Made by a program: the position numbers and the translations under genes. Shown piece by piece: positions 1 to 9,355 of a stretch of DNA of 49,376 bases; within the stretch, counting starts at the first letter, position 1; every line of letters begins with the position of its first letter. Source of the DNA: a virus (taxonomy: Duplodnaviria > Heunggongvirae > Uroviricota > Caudoviricetes); IMG/VR virus record IMGVR_UViG_2531839433_000005, positions 1 through 49,376 of that record; one strand, 5' to 3'. The notes below the pieces were generated by a model, which did no database searches, was not told the origin of the DNA, and saw only the letters and a list, made by a program, of their open reading frames with translations.

Positions 1-1131
1 TCAAATGACCAGTTTTTTCCACTCCTTACCACGTGCATCGTTGTAAATATCGGTCATTTTTTGATTCGAATGGCCAAGCAAAATTTGGGTGTCGATCCCT
101 TGCTCCCTGAACAAACGCTCCGACAATGATCGCTGTTCATGGAAAGAGGGTGGGGTACCATTAGCGCACCAGTTGTAATCTACAGAGTCCCGCGCTTTTT
201 TAAATGCAACTGTTAACGTTGCTGGCTTAACCATCCCGCCGCGCTTGGCTGTCCCTTTCGCATGATGGTGGTGCAATAGCCACGGACTAAGAACGCAATC
301 GCGACAGGATGACACCACATCATCCAGGGTGAGATTTAATTTATTGCAACGCAGAGCAAGAGGGATGGCAATCCGGGTTCCTGTTTTTTGCTGTTCGACA
401 TGAAGATAACCATCCCGGATATCCGAAAATTGCATTTTGCAAATATCTGAAAGGCGCTGGCCTGTCATCAGTGCCAGCAGCATGCCGCGCTGTAAAAAGT
501 AACCATCCTTTTCCGCTGCGTTATAAATCATCATCCACTCATCAAAAGTCAGTCGCTGTCTTGATATCCGCACCTGCGGTTTTTTTGCCGATTCTGCAGG
601 GTTAAAGCCTGGCGGAACATCGCCTGTTTGCTGAGCTTCTCGGAAAACATCGATCAGTACCTTCCTGAAAATTTGTCCCATTCTGTTATGTCCTCTGGCC
701 TTGTACTCTTCCAGCACCGATACCACATCTTTTACGGTTATGGCATCTAACGGTCTGGTGCCAAAACGTTCATCAAATACCCTGAGAGGGGCCGCTTTTT
801 GTTTCAGCGTGTTGAGTTTGATCTCTCCGTTTTCATATCTTTCCTGTTGAATTTTTCTGTAATTATTCAGAAAAATGGAAACGGTTGATGAACCGCCGGT
901 ATCATTAATAATTTTCTCCTGCAGACTGAGCATTTGTTTCATTTGCTGCCTGGCAAGACGGCTGTTCGCTTCTGCTGCAATAGTTTCTGCCAGTTTCTGG
1001 TCAATACTGCCGAGACCGTGATTTTTGCCTGTTATGGGATGCCTGTAACGCCAGTAAACTTTGTTATTTCTTTTGTCAAAATACGGAGATAATCCCGGAA
1101 CATCAGTTTTATATTTTCGCGGGCGCGCCAT
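1..1131 (-). CDS. int: Phage tyrosine integrase
   Basis: 376-aa ORF at the prophage end; C-terminal region carries R (TGQRLSD), HxxR (FHEQRS) and terminal Tyr (MTDIY) motifs typical of tyrosine recombinases; start overlaps the xis-like ORF. Confidence 0.85.
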   Translation of the reverse strand: MARPRKYKTDVPGLSPYFDKRNNKVYWRYRHPITGKNHGLGSIDQKLAETIAAEANSRLARQQMKQMLSLQEKIINDTGGSSTVSIFLNNYRKIQQERYENGEIKLNTLKQKAAPLRVFDERFGTRPLDAITVKDVVSVLEEYKARGHNRMGQIFRKVLIDVFREAQQTGDVPPGFNPAESAKKPQVRISRQRLTFDEWMMIYNAAEKDGYFLQRGMLLALMTGQRLSDICKMQFSDIRDGYLHVEQQKTGTRIAIPLALRCNKLNLTLDDVVSSCRDCVLSPWLLHHHHAKGTAKRGGMVKPATLTVAFKKARDSVDYNWCANGTPPSFHEQRSLSERLFREQGIDTQILLGHSNQKMTDIYNDARGKEWKKLVI

Positions 1132-1357
1132 CTTCCAGTATCCTCTTCAAGGCTGGGTGATCTGTAGCGATCACCTCCGGCTTGTTTACCATTCCGACAA
1201 AGCGAGCTTGCGGATCCACTCGCCAGTGTCTTCCAACTTTTTTGGGAAGAGGAAATATCATTCCGGCTTTAGCGTATTTACTTAACGTGCCCGGAGTAGG
1301 GACCGGATCGCTGAATTCCTCTTTTGCCCACTCAGTGAGCAGAATAAGTCTTGCCAT
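1109..1357 (-). CDS. xis: Excisionase-like small DNA-binding protein
   Basis: 82-aa basic ORF immediately upstream of and overlapping int on the same strand, the usual xis position. Confidence 0.55.
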   Translation of the reverse strand: MARLILLTEWAKEEFSDPVPTPGTLSKYAKAGMIFPLPKKVGRHWRVDPQARFVGMVNKPEVIATDHPALKRILEDGAPAKI

Positions 1358-1421
1358 GAGCGTCGTTCGCTAATCATGGTCGTCGCCACTATAGCTGGTG
1401 GGCGACGACCGGGGTTGAACA

Positions 1422-3893
1422 TTAAAAATCAGCCTGACTCGGGATCAGTTTTTGCCAGATAGCTGAAACGTATTTTGCCTGGTAACGAGCGTCATCAAGT
1501 GCATTATGGCGCTCACCTTCGAATGGGATAGCAGTTCTGGCATCGAAGTCTATGGCTTTCCCCAGCTCAACGATTGTGCGTACATCGCGATCGTTGTAGT
1601 AACGCCACGGGCAGGGGATCCCCTGCCGCTCGTATGAACGGCGCAAAATAGTGTTGTCGAAGTTGGCTCCATTTCCCCAGACCTGAACAAAAAATTCACC
1701 GGAGTTTTCGTCGATAAATTCCCGCAATTGTAACAGTGCATCATCTAACGGGATTTCATCGGTCATAATGGCAGATTGCGCTTCGCGTGATTGTTTAAGC
1801 CACCATTTAATGGTGTCCCGATCAATGACTCCGCCAGCAGTTTCCAGATCGATAGTCTTACTAAATTCCGGTCCCATATCTCCGGTTTGCGGATCGAAAA
1901 ATATTGCACCTATTGAGATAATCGGGGCATCGGGATTTTTTCCCATGGTTTCAAGGTCGATCATCAGATGAATCCCCGCTCTGCTGGTGGATGTGAGATT
2001 ATGATGACCGTTCGCCTTAATTAAGGGATCTGACGCCTCGCCAGTTTCACTATCGCTGGCATGATGCTGATTGCCGCCAGTGTTCTCCTTGTGCTGATGC
2101 GCAGTGCCTTCCATTTCCTCCGGATCATTTTCCTGAACTTCAGGCTGATTCTCTCCATCGAATATTTCCTGGTATGTTGCGTCACCCATCACCGCACCAC
2201 AATCAGGGCAGTTGCCGCCACCGCTCTGACCGCAGGCGGTGCAGATCTTTTCCGGTTCCTGTTGCACTACTGGTTCAGGTTGTTTCGTTTCTGGCTCGTT
2301 TTGTTGCGTATTTGGGCTGTTTTGTTCCGCTTTCTGGTCGTTCTGTTCCGTTTCTTGCTGGTTCTGGTTCGCAGAATCGCGGGTCTGGATCCCCTTAACC
2401 CATTTCGGATCATTCGGGTCGCTAATCCCTTCAACAAATTCACCACGTGATACTGCAAGCAGTTCATCGGCGTCAGGCTGGCTGATATTGGCTGCCTGCA
2501 TAATTTTGTTTACTTCGTCAGCGGTAACTTTTACTGACCCTGGTTGTGCGGTCGTGTCAGATGCACCAGTATTTTGTTGTGAACCTGAGTATGTACCGTT
2601 TTTGCGGGCGAAATATTCTTCTTTCGTGATTTCAGTAGCCCCAGCAGACAGCGCCTTATCCAGACCAGAAAGTTTGTTTGCGCGACCGTATTTTTCGCCA
2701 TCCTTGTCGGTGAAGAGGAAGTAGAACGGCCCCTCACGTTCTACAGATGGTTCGACTTCCACTTTGCATTCGGTTTTTTCGTTGTCTGGAATTGCCGTTT
2801 CCACTGCATCAGTTTCTGGTACTGGCGACGAGAGAGTATCAGTTGCGCTCTGATTTGTTCCTTCATCTTCAAACACGCCCTTTGTAGTCAGGTATTCAGT
2901 AATGTATTTGTTCAGTGCCACAGGGTCTTTGTGAATGTCGATCGGACGTTCACGGACAAGGCCAAAAATAGTCTGGCGGTCGTAGCGAAGGGCATCAGGC
3001 TGTTTGCGCATTGATGCCGAGATACGCTTCCAGTCTTCGCGGTCGTTGTCGATAACTTCATTTTTTGCCCAGCGATGGATGCTGCCGTCAATGTTTCCGG
3101 CATCCACATCACCAGGCCAGAGAGCGTAGGCCAGTTCGTCATCCAGTGTTTTCCATGTCTGCTTGTATTCGCGATGAATGGCAGCAATGACCAGGTTGAT
3201 TTTTCCTGTTGAATTTTCAGTGTGCTGTTGATTGGCTCTGGCGCGGGCGAGATCAACAACAGACGTGTATTTTCCGGTTTCCTTGCGTTCACCTTCGCGA
3301 CGTTTTTTCCAGATGCGCATCTCTGCCTGAATTTCGGGCCATTTGGCACCAGGCTTACATTTATGCTTAACCCACCCGATGGCATGCAGCTTAAGCTCCG
3401 GATACATGGCGTTAACTTCTGGCATTTTCATCAACGCTTCAACGATATGTCCGTCGAATGTTGCCATGTCTTCCTGCAACAATTCCTGCGCGCTAATCAC
3501 CATATCAACGGTGATGTTTTCACATGTGTCGAACTTAACCATGACAGCGTTCTGTACTTCAGGGGCCAGCTTGTCAAAAGTGACGTTCATCGGATCTGAT
3601 TCAGTCTCAACCGGGACAAAGGAAGCAGACTCCTCATCCCAGCGGTTTTCCTGCATATATTCAGCATCCCAGGAATCGAGGGCAGGGCGGGGTATACCGG
3701 GTTTATCCTCGCAAACAAGAAATTTATAAGCGCAGTCCTGAGCAGCCGGATAATGTTCCAGGAATTGCCAGTGAAATTTTGCTCGTGCACGGCGTTCGTC
3801 GCCAGCTTCAATGGCTGTGGCTACAGCCACAGCGCCTTCTTCCCTTGTTGCCAGTTCGTCAGGAATAGCGGCGCAAATAAAGACTTTACTCAT
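1422..3893 (-). CDS. Putative exonuclease with C-terminal DnaQ-like (DEDDh) 3'-5' exonuclease domain
   Basis: 823-aa ORF; C-terminal motifs LMIDLETMG (Exo I), WGNGANFD (Exo II), HNALDDARYQ (Exo III); Cys-rich CTACGQ..CPDCG zinc-ribbon-like motif; Q/E/N-rich linker encoded by imperfect 21-bp tandem repeats. Confidence 0.7.
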   Translation of the reverse strand: MSKVFICAAIPDELATREEGAVAVATAIEAGDERRARAKFHWQFLEHYPAAQDCAYKFLVCEDKPGIPRPALDSWDAEYMQENRWDEESASFVPVETESDPMNVTFDKLAPEVQNAVMVKFDTCENITVDMVISAQELLQEDMATFDGHIVEALMKMPEVNAMYPELKLHAIGWVKHKCKPGAKWPEIQAEMRIWKKRREGERKETGKYTSVVDLARARANQQHTENSTGKINLVIAAIHREYKQTWKTLDDELAYALWPGDVDAGNIDGSIHRWAKNEVIDNDREDWKRISASMRKQPDALRYDRQTIFGLVRERPIDIHKDPVALNKYITEYLTTKGVFEDEGTNQSATDTLSSPVPETDAVETAIPDNEKTECKVEVEPSVEREGPFYFLFTDKDGEKYGRANKLSGLDKALSAGATEITKEEYFARKNGTYSGSQQNTGASDTTAQPGSVKVTADEVNKIMQAANISQPDADELLAVSRGEFVEGISDPNDPKWVKGIQTRDSANQNQQETEQNDQKAEQNSPNTQQNEPETKQPEPVVQQEPEKICTACGQSGGGNCPDCGAVMGDATYQEIFDGENQPEVQENDPEEMEGTAHQHKENTGGNQHHASDSETGEASDPLIKANGHHNLTSTSRAGIHLMIDLETMGKNPDAPIISIGAIFFDPQTGDMGPEFSKTIDLETAGGVIDRDTIKWWLKQSREAQSAIMTDEIPLDDALLQLREFIDENSGEFFVQVWGNGANFDNTILRRSYERQGIPCPWRYYNDRDVRTIVELGKAIDFDARTAIPFEGERHNALDDARYQAKYVSAIWQKLIPSQADF

Positions 3894-4016
3894 TTTGTTT
3901 TAACCTCATGACAGATTTAAGGATGAACAAATCCCTGCCATTGCTGGCATATAAGAATCAAATCTGATGTATTCATTAAGCTGAATGTCGTATTGTGGCA
4001 GTTATTTTATTACTGC

Positions 4017-4238
4017 TCACCATGACTCTGCTTTTACAGGTAAACCATCACGACCAAGGAAGACTTTAATCATGGTTTCCTTAATACAGTGTTGTGTGGA
4101 AAAATCACGAATATAGAGCCGTTGTTTTTTAATGTTGTTTACCGAAGCAATATATGTTCTTCCTTTATGAATAACATAATCACCGGGAGTCACGCACTGA
4201 CGAGGAATCTCATCAGTTCCGAAGTGATGAGCAATCAT
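4017..4238 (-). CDS. Hypothetical small protein
   Basis: ORF with GGAG Shine-Dalgarno upstream of the second in-frame ATG; first ATG at 4250 is an alternative start. Confidence 0.4.
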   Translation of the reverse strand: MIAHHFGTDEIPRQCVTPGDYVIHKGRTYIASVNNIKKQRLYIRDFSTQHCIKETMIKVFLGRDGLPVKAESW

Positions 4239-4800
4239 AATTATCTCCATTTTTACAAATGAACTTTGTTGATGCGGTGCCTGGTGCCTCCAGGTGACGT
4301 TAACCAGTTAACAATTAACGCCGGATACAGAGAACCCACCCATAACACTGTTTTTGGTTTTAACTGTTCCGCGTGCGCTTAGCCGCATTCACCGCATCAC
4401 AAAATTCACTTTAAAAAGGGCGGCAGAGCAGTCACGGAGTAAACTGATACCGCCAAACGCCACCAGAAAATTGATAACAGAGGGCGTTGTAGCGGGGTTG
4501 TCACTTAAGCGTATGGTCAACCTGACAACCCGGTGTCCTCAACGGGGAAGGAATAACCCCGCCATACTTACCGCCGCGCCATTTCGCGGATTGCCACAAC
4601 CGGAAGCGCACGGTCGAATTAAATTTAACGACACCGTACAGTGAGACGAACTTCGCCGTGCGCTTTCGCGTTATGCCCTGACTTTTCAGGAAAATGCCCT
4701 TTCAGTAAACTGTCAGTGCCGGATGCTCACCCGTGTCCGGCGCACGCACTCCACCTGACCCGTGGAGAACTCCTTAATTACCAACCCTCAGGAGGGTGAA

Positions 4801-5022
4801 ATGACTAGTAAAAATGTAAATATCCAGTTTAACCACGATGTTTCTCCTGCTGGACTTGCGGATGAGCTCACTGCTATAAAAACGGCAATTATGCTACTTG
4901 CTGCTAAGTTGCCTGCGTCATCAAAGCCAGCGGAAATTTGTGACTCATTGCGTAAGATGAATTCAACAAAATGCAATGAGATGGCATCACTTATTGAAAG
5001 TGCAATTGATTTTAATGATTAA
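4801..5022 (+). CDS. Hypothetical small protein (plus-strand gene inside leftward operon)
   Basis: ORF preceded by strong RBS AGGAGGG; 3' end overlaps the convergent ORF 5012..5386 by 11 bp; longer form would start at 4762. Confidence 0.4.
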   Translation: MTSKNVNIQFNHDVSPAGLADELTAIKTAIMLLAAKLPASSKPAEICDSLRKMNSTKCNEMASLIESAIDFND

Positions 5023-5386
5023 TCGAAATTTCATGGCTAACTGTAACACTCCCATCTGTGGCGGGATGGTTTAAATCGCTGGGATTAATGCCGCACTCAG
5101 TAAAATGGTTCTTAAGGGGTTCTATCCGAATCCCTTTCTTTTTCATTAACAAGCCAAAACCCTTATCAATGATATCCATTAATTCCAGGAAGTATTTTTC
5201 ATGTAAATCCTGGTTATCAGAGAGCTGCTTCTCTTCGTACAGACCGATAAAGGCACGACGCACGTTACCGGATATAGTATCGATGGTTTCTTTTTCTACG
5301 GTACTCAGGTCAAGAGTCGCCAGTTGGGAACGAACTATATTCGCTGCCATTTCCTGGAATTGCATTGGTAAATCTTTAAATTCCAT
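5012..5386 (-). CDS. Hypothetical protein
   Basis: 124-aa ORF, tightly packed with the downstream small leftward ORFs. Confidence 0.45.
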   Translation of the reverse strand: MEFKDLPMQFQEMAANIVRSQLATLDLSTVEKETIDTISGNVRRAFIGLYEEKQLSDNQDLHEKYFLELMDIIDKGFGLLMKKKGIRIEPLKNHFTECGINPSDLNHPATDGSVTVSHEISINH

Positions 5387-5408
5387 TATTAGCCTCGTTG
5401 GTTAGCTA

Positions 5409-5627
5409 TTAACGCGGGCATGTAATCATTCTGGCAATGCTTAATGCCGCTGCTTTTTCCAGCCTGGTGATATCCTGCTCCAGAGCGGACAGATTTTCAG
5501 CCTGCTTAGCCCTGGCTTCATTGGCCCATTTCAGGTCCTGCGCAGCCTTAATTTTCTGGTGCATCCACTCATAAAGTTCATCATCGGTATAGTCTGGCGC
5601 GATGATGACGGGTTCTCGTTTCTGCAT
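5409..5627 (-). CDS. Hypothetical small protein (early-left region)
   Basis: 72-aa ORF in leftward early operon; size and position reminiscent of Kil-type small proteins, but no sequence assignment possible. Confidence 0.45.
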   Translation of the reverse strand: MQKREPVIIAPDYTDDELYEWMHQKIKAAQDLKWANEARAKQAENLSALEQDITRLEKAAALSIARMITCPR

Positions 5628-5656
5628 ACTGATTCCTCGCGGTGCTGCTTCGCTTA

Positions 5657-5785
5657 TCAGCCGTTAGATTTTGCCGGGCTGGAAAGCGCCTGTATAAACT
5701 CACTGAAGCTGAGAGCTTCTTCGCCTTTGGCAAGGCCTTCGAAGTATTCTTCGTAAGCCTTTTCCATGATTGTGTCGAAATCCAT
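5657..5785 (-). CDS. Hypothetical very small protein (42 aa)
   Basis: Short ORF not in the supplied track; AGGTGA Shine-Dalgarno upstream of ATG; fills the gap between neighbouring leftward genes. Confidence 0.3.
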   Translation of the reverse strand: MDFDTIMEKAYEEYFEGLAKGEEALSFSEFIQALSSPAKSNG

Positions 5786-5786
5786 A

Positions 5787-5942
5787 TCACTCACCTGAGT
5801 TTCTTTTCAGCCAGCGACGGGCACCATTTTCGGTTTTAAACGTTTTGCTTTTGGTATACGTCATCGCGGTGAACGTACCGTCCTGGTTGGGGAACACGCC
5901 ACATACCAGAGATTCGTTGTTGCCAAGATCGATAGTATCCAT
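5787..5942 (-). CDS. Hypothetical small protein (51 aa; longer 78-aa form possible to 6023)
   Basis: Internal ATG preceded by GAGG RBS; first gene downstream of the presumed pL region. Confidence 0.35.
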   Translation of the reverse strand: MDTIDLGNNESLVCGVFPNQDGTFTAMTYTKSKTFKTENGARRWLKRNSGE

Positions 5943-6023
5943 GTTGACCTCATTTCCCCTTAACGCCGGGGTAGCGGAACAAAAACCTGCTGCATAGTTA
6001 TTAAAGTTGAACCCTGCCGTCAT

Positions 6024-6234
6024 GTTCTTACGCCTCGGGCTGGCTACTTAACCCCTGACCACTGCCGGGTAACTCGAAGTATTGCCCTGCATTCTGTGGG
6101 GTGGAGTGAAGGAATGAATGAAGTTTAGAAAAATGAACTTTACAGGTCAATGTTTTTTTATCAAAACATTTTAAGCAGGCAGCTGTTAAGCCATCACCAC
6201 GATGGCATACAGTTAATCAAATAGATGAGGTTGG
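6024..6234. promoter_or_regulatory. Presumed leftward early promoter/operator region (pL-like)
   Basis: 210-bp non-coding gap between the cI stop and the first leftward early gene; contains TTTTGAT/ATCAAAA half-site-like motifs similar to those between cI and cro. Confidence 0.3.
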
Positions 6235-6873
6235 TTAAATATCTTGTTGAATTTTAAAGCATACGCCCAATATGCAAGATAGATCATCCAGCATAATTGA
6301 AGGGTAGCGAGGATTCGTGGGGACTAAAAGAATATCCGGCCCTTCTATCTCCAGTTTACGAATGACAGGTGTTGTGGTCCCTTTGGGTAAGGCAAGGACA
6401 ATATTTCCTGGTTGTACGGTTCGATCGGGATCAACAAAAACTGTTGAACCATTTGGGATGGAAACTCCCCCACCAGATGTTGACATACTGTCACTCTCTA
6501 GAACAACTGCAAAGGTATTGGCCGGGATTTCTCCGACAAGCTGCACACAAGAGGTTATTGAGGAATTTTTCATATAATCACTCCAGCTTGCTGCCTGCTG
6601 AAGTGATAGTAGCGGAACCGTTTTTATCGGCGGTAAAGATAGATCAAGCGAATCACCTGTATTTAACTCTCCTCCATTAAGAAGCCAATTTTCGTTTACT
6701 TTCAATATCTTTGCCAGTGAACTTATGTAACGCGAGGACGGCGCTCCTCCACCGTTCATCCATTGACTTACGGAGCCTTTTGATGCGCCAGTGGCATTGA
6801 CAAGGTCTTTGCCTTTCAGGTTTAGCGCATGCATACGTTGGGTTATGCGTTCAGATATTGTTTGCTTGCTCAT
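6235..6873 (-). CDS. cI: CI-type prophage repressor (XRE HTH + S24 LexA-like peptidase domain)
   Basis: 212 aa; N-terminal HTH; C-terminal DSMS Ser motif and downstream Lys (VIRKL) as in LexA/CI autocleavage domains; divergent from a Cro-like gene. Confidence 0.85.
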   Translation of the reverse strand: MSKQTISERITQRMHALNLKGKDLVNATGASKGSVSQWMNGGGAPSSRYISSLAKILKVNENWLLNGGELNTGDSLDLSLPPIKTVPLLSLQQAASWSDYMKNSSITSCVQLVGEIPANTFAVVLESDSMSTSGGGVSIPNGSTVFVDPDRTVQPGNIVLALPKGTTTPVIRKLEIEGPDILLVPTNPRYPSIMLDDLSCILGVCFKIQQDI

Positions 6874-6964
6874 GTTTTGATTTTAAAACACAGATGGTTT
6901 TGTTTCTTGACTTTCTTTGGTTTTGATTATTAAACTTTTGGCGTTCAGTTTTATGGAGCGACTC
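6874..6964. promoter_or_regulatory. Immunity operator/promoter region (oR, pR/pRM-like)
   Basis: Divergent intergenic region; repeated GTTTTGATT(T/A)TTAAAAC-like motifs at 6874..6891 and 6919..6935; candidate -35 TTGACT 6907..6912 and -10 TATTAA 6928..6933 reading toward cro. Confidence 0.4.
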
Positions 6965-7195
6965 ATGAAAAAATCAGAAGTATTAGGCTATTTTGGCGGA
7001 GTTGTTAAAACAGCCGCAGCTCTAGGAACGTCAAAAACCACAGTCAGCATGTGGGGGGAAGAGGTTCCGTGGAAATGGGCGTTGCTAATTCAGGCAGTCA
7101 CTGCCGGGGCGCTCAAATATGAGTTACACATACCGACGGTTGTCATTCCCGGTTCTGATCATAATCCGCCTTCTAACCAAGGGGGGGATTCATGA
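6965..7195 (+). CDS. Cro-like small HTH regulator
   Basis: 76-aa ORF divergent from cI with GGAG RBS; resembles Rac-type YdaS/Cro proteins as recalled. Confidence 0.6.
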   Translation: MKKSEVLGYFGGVVKTAAALGTSKTTVSMWGEEVPWKWALLIQAVTAGALKYELHIPTVVIPGSDHNPPSNQGGDS

Positions 7196-7617
7196 AAATC
7201 AAGCATGAACACATCCGCATGGCGATGAATGCCTGGGCGCATCCGGACGGCGAGAAAGTACCGGCTGCAGAGATTACCAAAGCGTATTTCGAGCTGGGAA
7301 TGACGTTCCCGGAACTGTATGACGACAGCCATCCGGAAGCCCTGGCTCGCAATACCCAGAAAATTTTCCGCTGGGTAGAGAAAGACACCCCTGATGCAGT
7401 TGAAAAAATTCAGGCGTTGTTACCAGCGATCGAAAAGGCAATGCCACCTTTGCTGGTGGCCAGAATGCGCAGCCACAGTTCTGCTTATTTTCGGGAGCTG
7501 GTGGAGACGCGGGAGCGACTGGTGAGAGACGCTGATGATTTTGTCGCAGTGGCAATCGCCGGTTTCAATCAGATGAACCGCGGTGGCCCGGCGGGAAATG
7601 CCGTGGTGATGCACTAA
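7192..7617 (+). CDS. CII-like / YdaT-like regulator
   Basis: 141-aa ORF translationally coupled to cro (ATGA overlap); N-terminus MKIKHEHI.. resembles the Rac YdaT family as recalled. Confidence 0.5.
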   Translation: MKIKHEHIRMAMNAWAHPDGEKVPAAEITKAYFELGMTFPELYDDSHPEALARNTQKIFRWVEKDTPDAVEKIQALLPAIEKAMPPLLVARMRSHSSAYFRELVETRERLVRDADDFVAVAIAGFNQMNRGGPAGNAVVMH

Positions 7618-7640
7618 AAGCACGGTGTTCGGAGTTTTTT

Positions 7641-8588
7641 ATGAGCAGCAAGCTTCATGGTCTTGTCTGGGAAGGGTGTGCCTTCACCGGCATGATCTTA
7701 TCCAGGGTGGCAGTTATGGCTCGCCTTGCAGATTACAGCAATGACGAAGGTGTGTCATGGCCTGCAGTGGAGACCATTCGTCGTCAGATTGGGGCAAAGA
7801 GTGAATCAACGGTTAAAGCTGCGATAGCAGAACTGGAAAAGAACGGCTGGCTGACGAAGGAGGAACGTAAGGTCGGTGGGCGTAATGAAAGCAATATCTA
7901 CCGTCTTAATGTGGAAAAACTCGAAGCAGCAGCAGCGGCAGCGCGTGAGGCATATAAACCGAAAAGAAAAATTAGCCAGGCAAAAAATGACCCGTCAAAT
8001 ATTGCCCCCTCAACGGTTAACCCATCAAATTTTGATGGATCAACCGTTGATAAAAAACAGTCGGATAGGGGGGCGATGGTTGGCCCCGATCCGTCAGTAT
8101 TAAAACCTGATCCGTCAGATAAAAGATCTTTTCGTCCGGAAGCTTCGCAACCGGACATGCAGACGGCTGAACAGGATTTTTTAACCCGACACCCTGACGC
8201 GGTTGTGTTCAGTGCGAAAAAACGCCAGTGGGGTAGCCAGGAAGATTTAGCGTGTGCGCAGTGGATCTGGGGGCGAATCGTGAGTCTTTACGAGCAGGCC
8301 GCCAGCGATGATGGCGAGATTTCGCGACCGAAAGAACCCAACTGGACCGCATGGGCCAACGACGTGCGCACAATGCGGATGCTGGATGGCAGAACTCACA
8401 GACAAATTTGTGAAATGTTTGGTCGGGTGCAGCGGGATCCATTTTGGGTAAAAAATATCATGAGTCCGTCAAAGCTTCGCGAAAAATGGGATGAACTGGT
8501 TATCCGCCTGGGGCGTTCGTCTGTACAGCGTTGTGTGAATCATATTTCTGAGCCGGATACCGAAATTCCGCCGGGGTTCAGGGGGTAA
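7641..8588 (+). CDS. Replication initiation protein (O-like, N-terminal winged-helix)
   Basis: 315-aa ORF directly upstream of the DnaC-like loader; standard lambdoid replication-module position. Confidence 0.6.
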   Translation: MSSKLHGLVWEGCAFTGMILSRVAVMARLADYSNDEGVSWPAVETIRRQIGAKSESTVKAAIAELEKNGWLTKEERKVGGRNESNIYRLNVEKLEAAAAAAREAYKPKRKISQAKNDPSNIAPSTVNPSNFDGSTVDKKQSDRGAMVGPDPSVLKPDPSDKRSFRPEASQPDMQTAEQDFLTRHPDAVVFSAKKRQWGSQEDLACAQWIWGRIVSLYEQAASDDGEISRPKEPNWTAWANDVRTMRMLDGRTHRQICEMFGRVQRDPFWVKNIMSPSKLREKWDELVIRLGRSSVQRCVNHISEPDTEIPPGFRG

Positions 8589-8594
8589 CGGGCC

Positions 8595-9341
8595 ATGAAA
8601 AATATCGCGGCAGGTGGTGTTCTTGAGCGTATCCGTAAGCTGACCCCGCAGCATGTAATCGCGCCGTACCGGACAGTGGACGAGTGGCGCGAGTGGCAAC
8701 TGGCAGAAGGGCGAAAACGTAGCGAGGAGATCAACCGCCAGAATCGCCAGTTGCGGGTGGAAAAAATCCTGAATCGTTCGGGCATCCAGCCTCTGCACAG
8801 CAAATGCTCGTTTGCGAATTATCAGGTGCAGAACGACGGGCAAAAACACGCGCTGAGCCAGGCAAAATCCATCGCTGACGAACTGATGACCGGGTGCACG
8901 AATTTTGTGTTCAGCGGTAAGCCGGGTACCGGAAAGAACCACCTTGCAGCCGCCATTGGCAATCATCTTCTGGCGAAAGGTCGCAGCGTGATTGTGATAA
9001 CGGTGGCTGATGTGATGCTGGCGTTACACAACAGCTACGACAACAAAAACTCAGGCGAAAAATTTTTACAGGGGTTGTGTGATGTTGACCTGCTTGTCCT
9101 GGATGAAATCGGAATGCAGCGGGATACGCGCAACGAGCAGGTCACGCTGAACCAGATAGTCGACCGCAGAACGGCTTCGATGCGTAGTGTCGGAATGCTG
9201 ACGAACCTTAACCACGTAGCGATGAGTACGCTTCTTGGCGAGCGTGTAATGGACCGCATGGTCATGAACGGTGGTCGCTGGGTGAATTTTAACTGGGAGA
9301 GCTGGCGTTCGAATGTCAGACACCTGAGGGTTGTGAAGTAA
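8595..9341 (+). CDS. DnaC-like helicase loader (AAA+ ATPase)
   Basis: Walker A GKPGTGKNHLAAAIG and Walker B DLLVLDEIG motifs; 248 aa. Confidence 0.85.
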   Translation: MKNIAAGGVLERIRKLTPQHVIAPYRTVDEWREWQLAEGRKRSEEINRQNRQLRVEKILNRSGIQPLHSKCSFANYQVQNDGQKHALSQAKSIADELMTGCTNFVFSGKPGTGKNHLAAAIGNHLLAKGRSVIVITVADVMLALHNSYDNKNSGEKFLQGLCDVDLLVLDEIGMQRDTRNEQVTLNQIVDRRTASMRSVGMLTNLNHVAMSTLLGERVMDRMVMNGGRWVNFNWESWRSNVRHLRVVK

Positions 9342-9355
9342 TTTCAGGAGGATTT

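Noticed and set aside
2270-2400. Possible CRISPR array
   Set aside because: The repeats are imperfect, contiguous, in frame within a coding gene and lack spacers; no CRISPR-like repeat-spacer structure was found anywhere in the window.
2061-2724. Plus-strand ORFs of 129-161 aa (2061..2450, 2239..2724) inside the exonuclease gene
   Set aside because: Antisense to a well-supported 823-aa gene and generated by its tandem-repeat region; Cys/Phe/Leu-rich artefactual composition.
4354-4644. 96-aa plus-strand ORF in the 4251..4800 intergenic region
   Set aside because: No RBS, Arg/Pro-rich composition and a GC-rich context suggest a chance ORF; the region is reported instead as a possible regulatory or sRNA locus.
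6024-6234. rexA/rexB-like exclusion genes downstream of cI
   Set aside because: The gap is only 210 bp and has no ORF; the Rex-like architecture is found at 10676..12159 in a different location.
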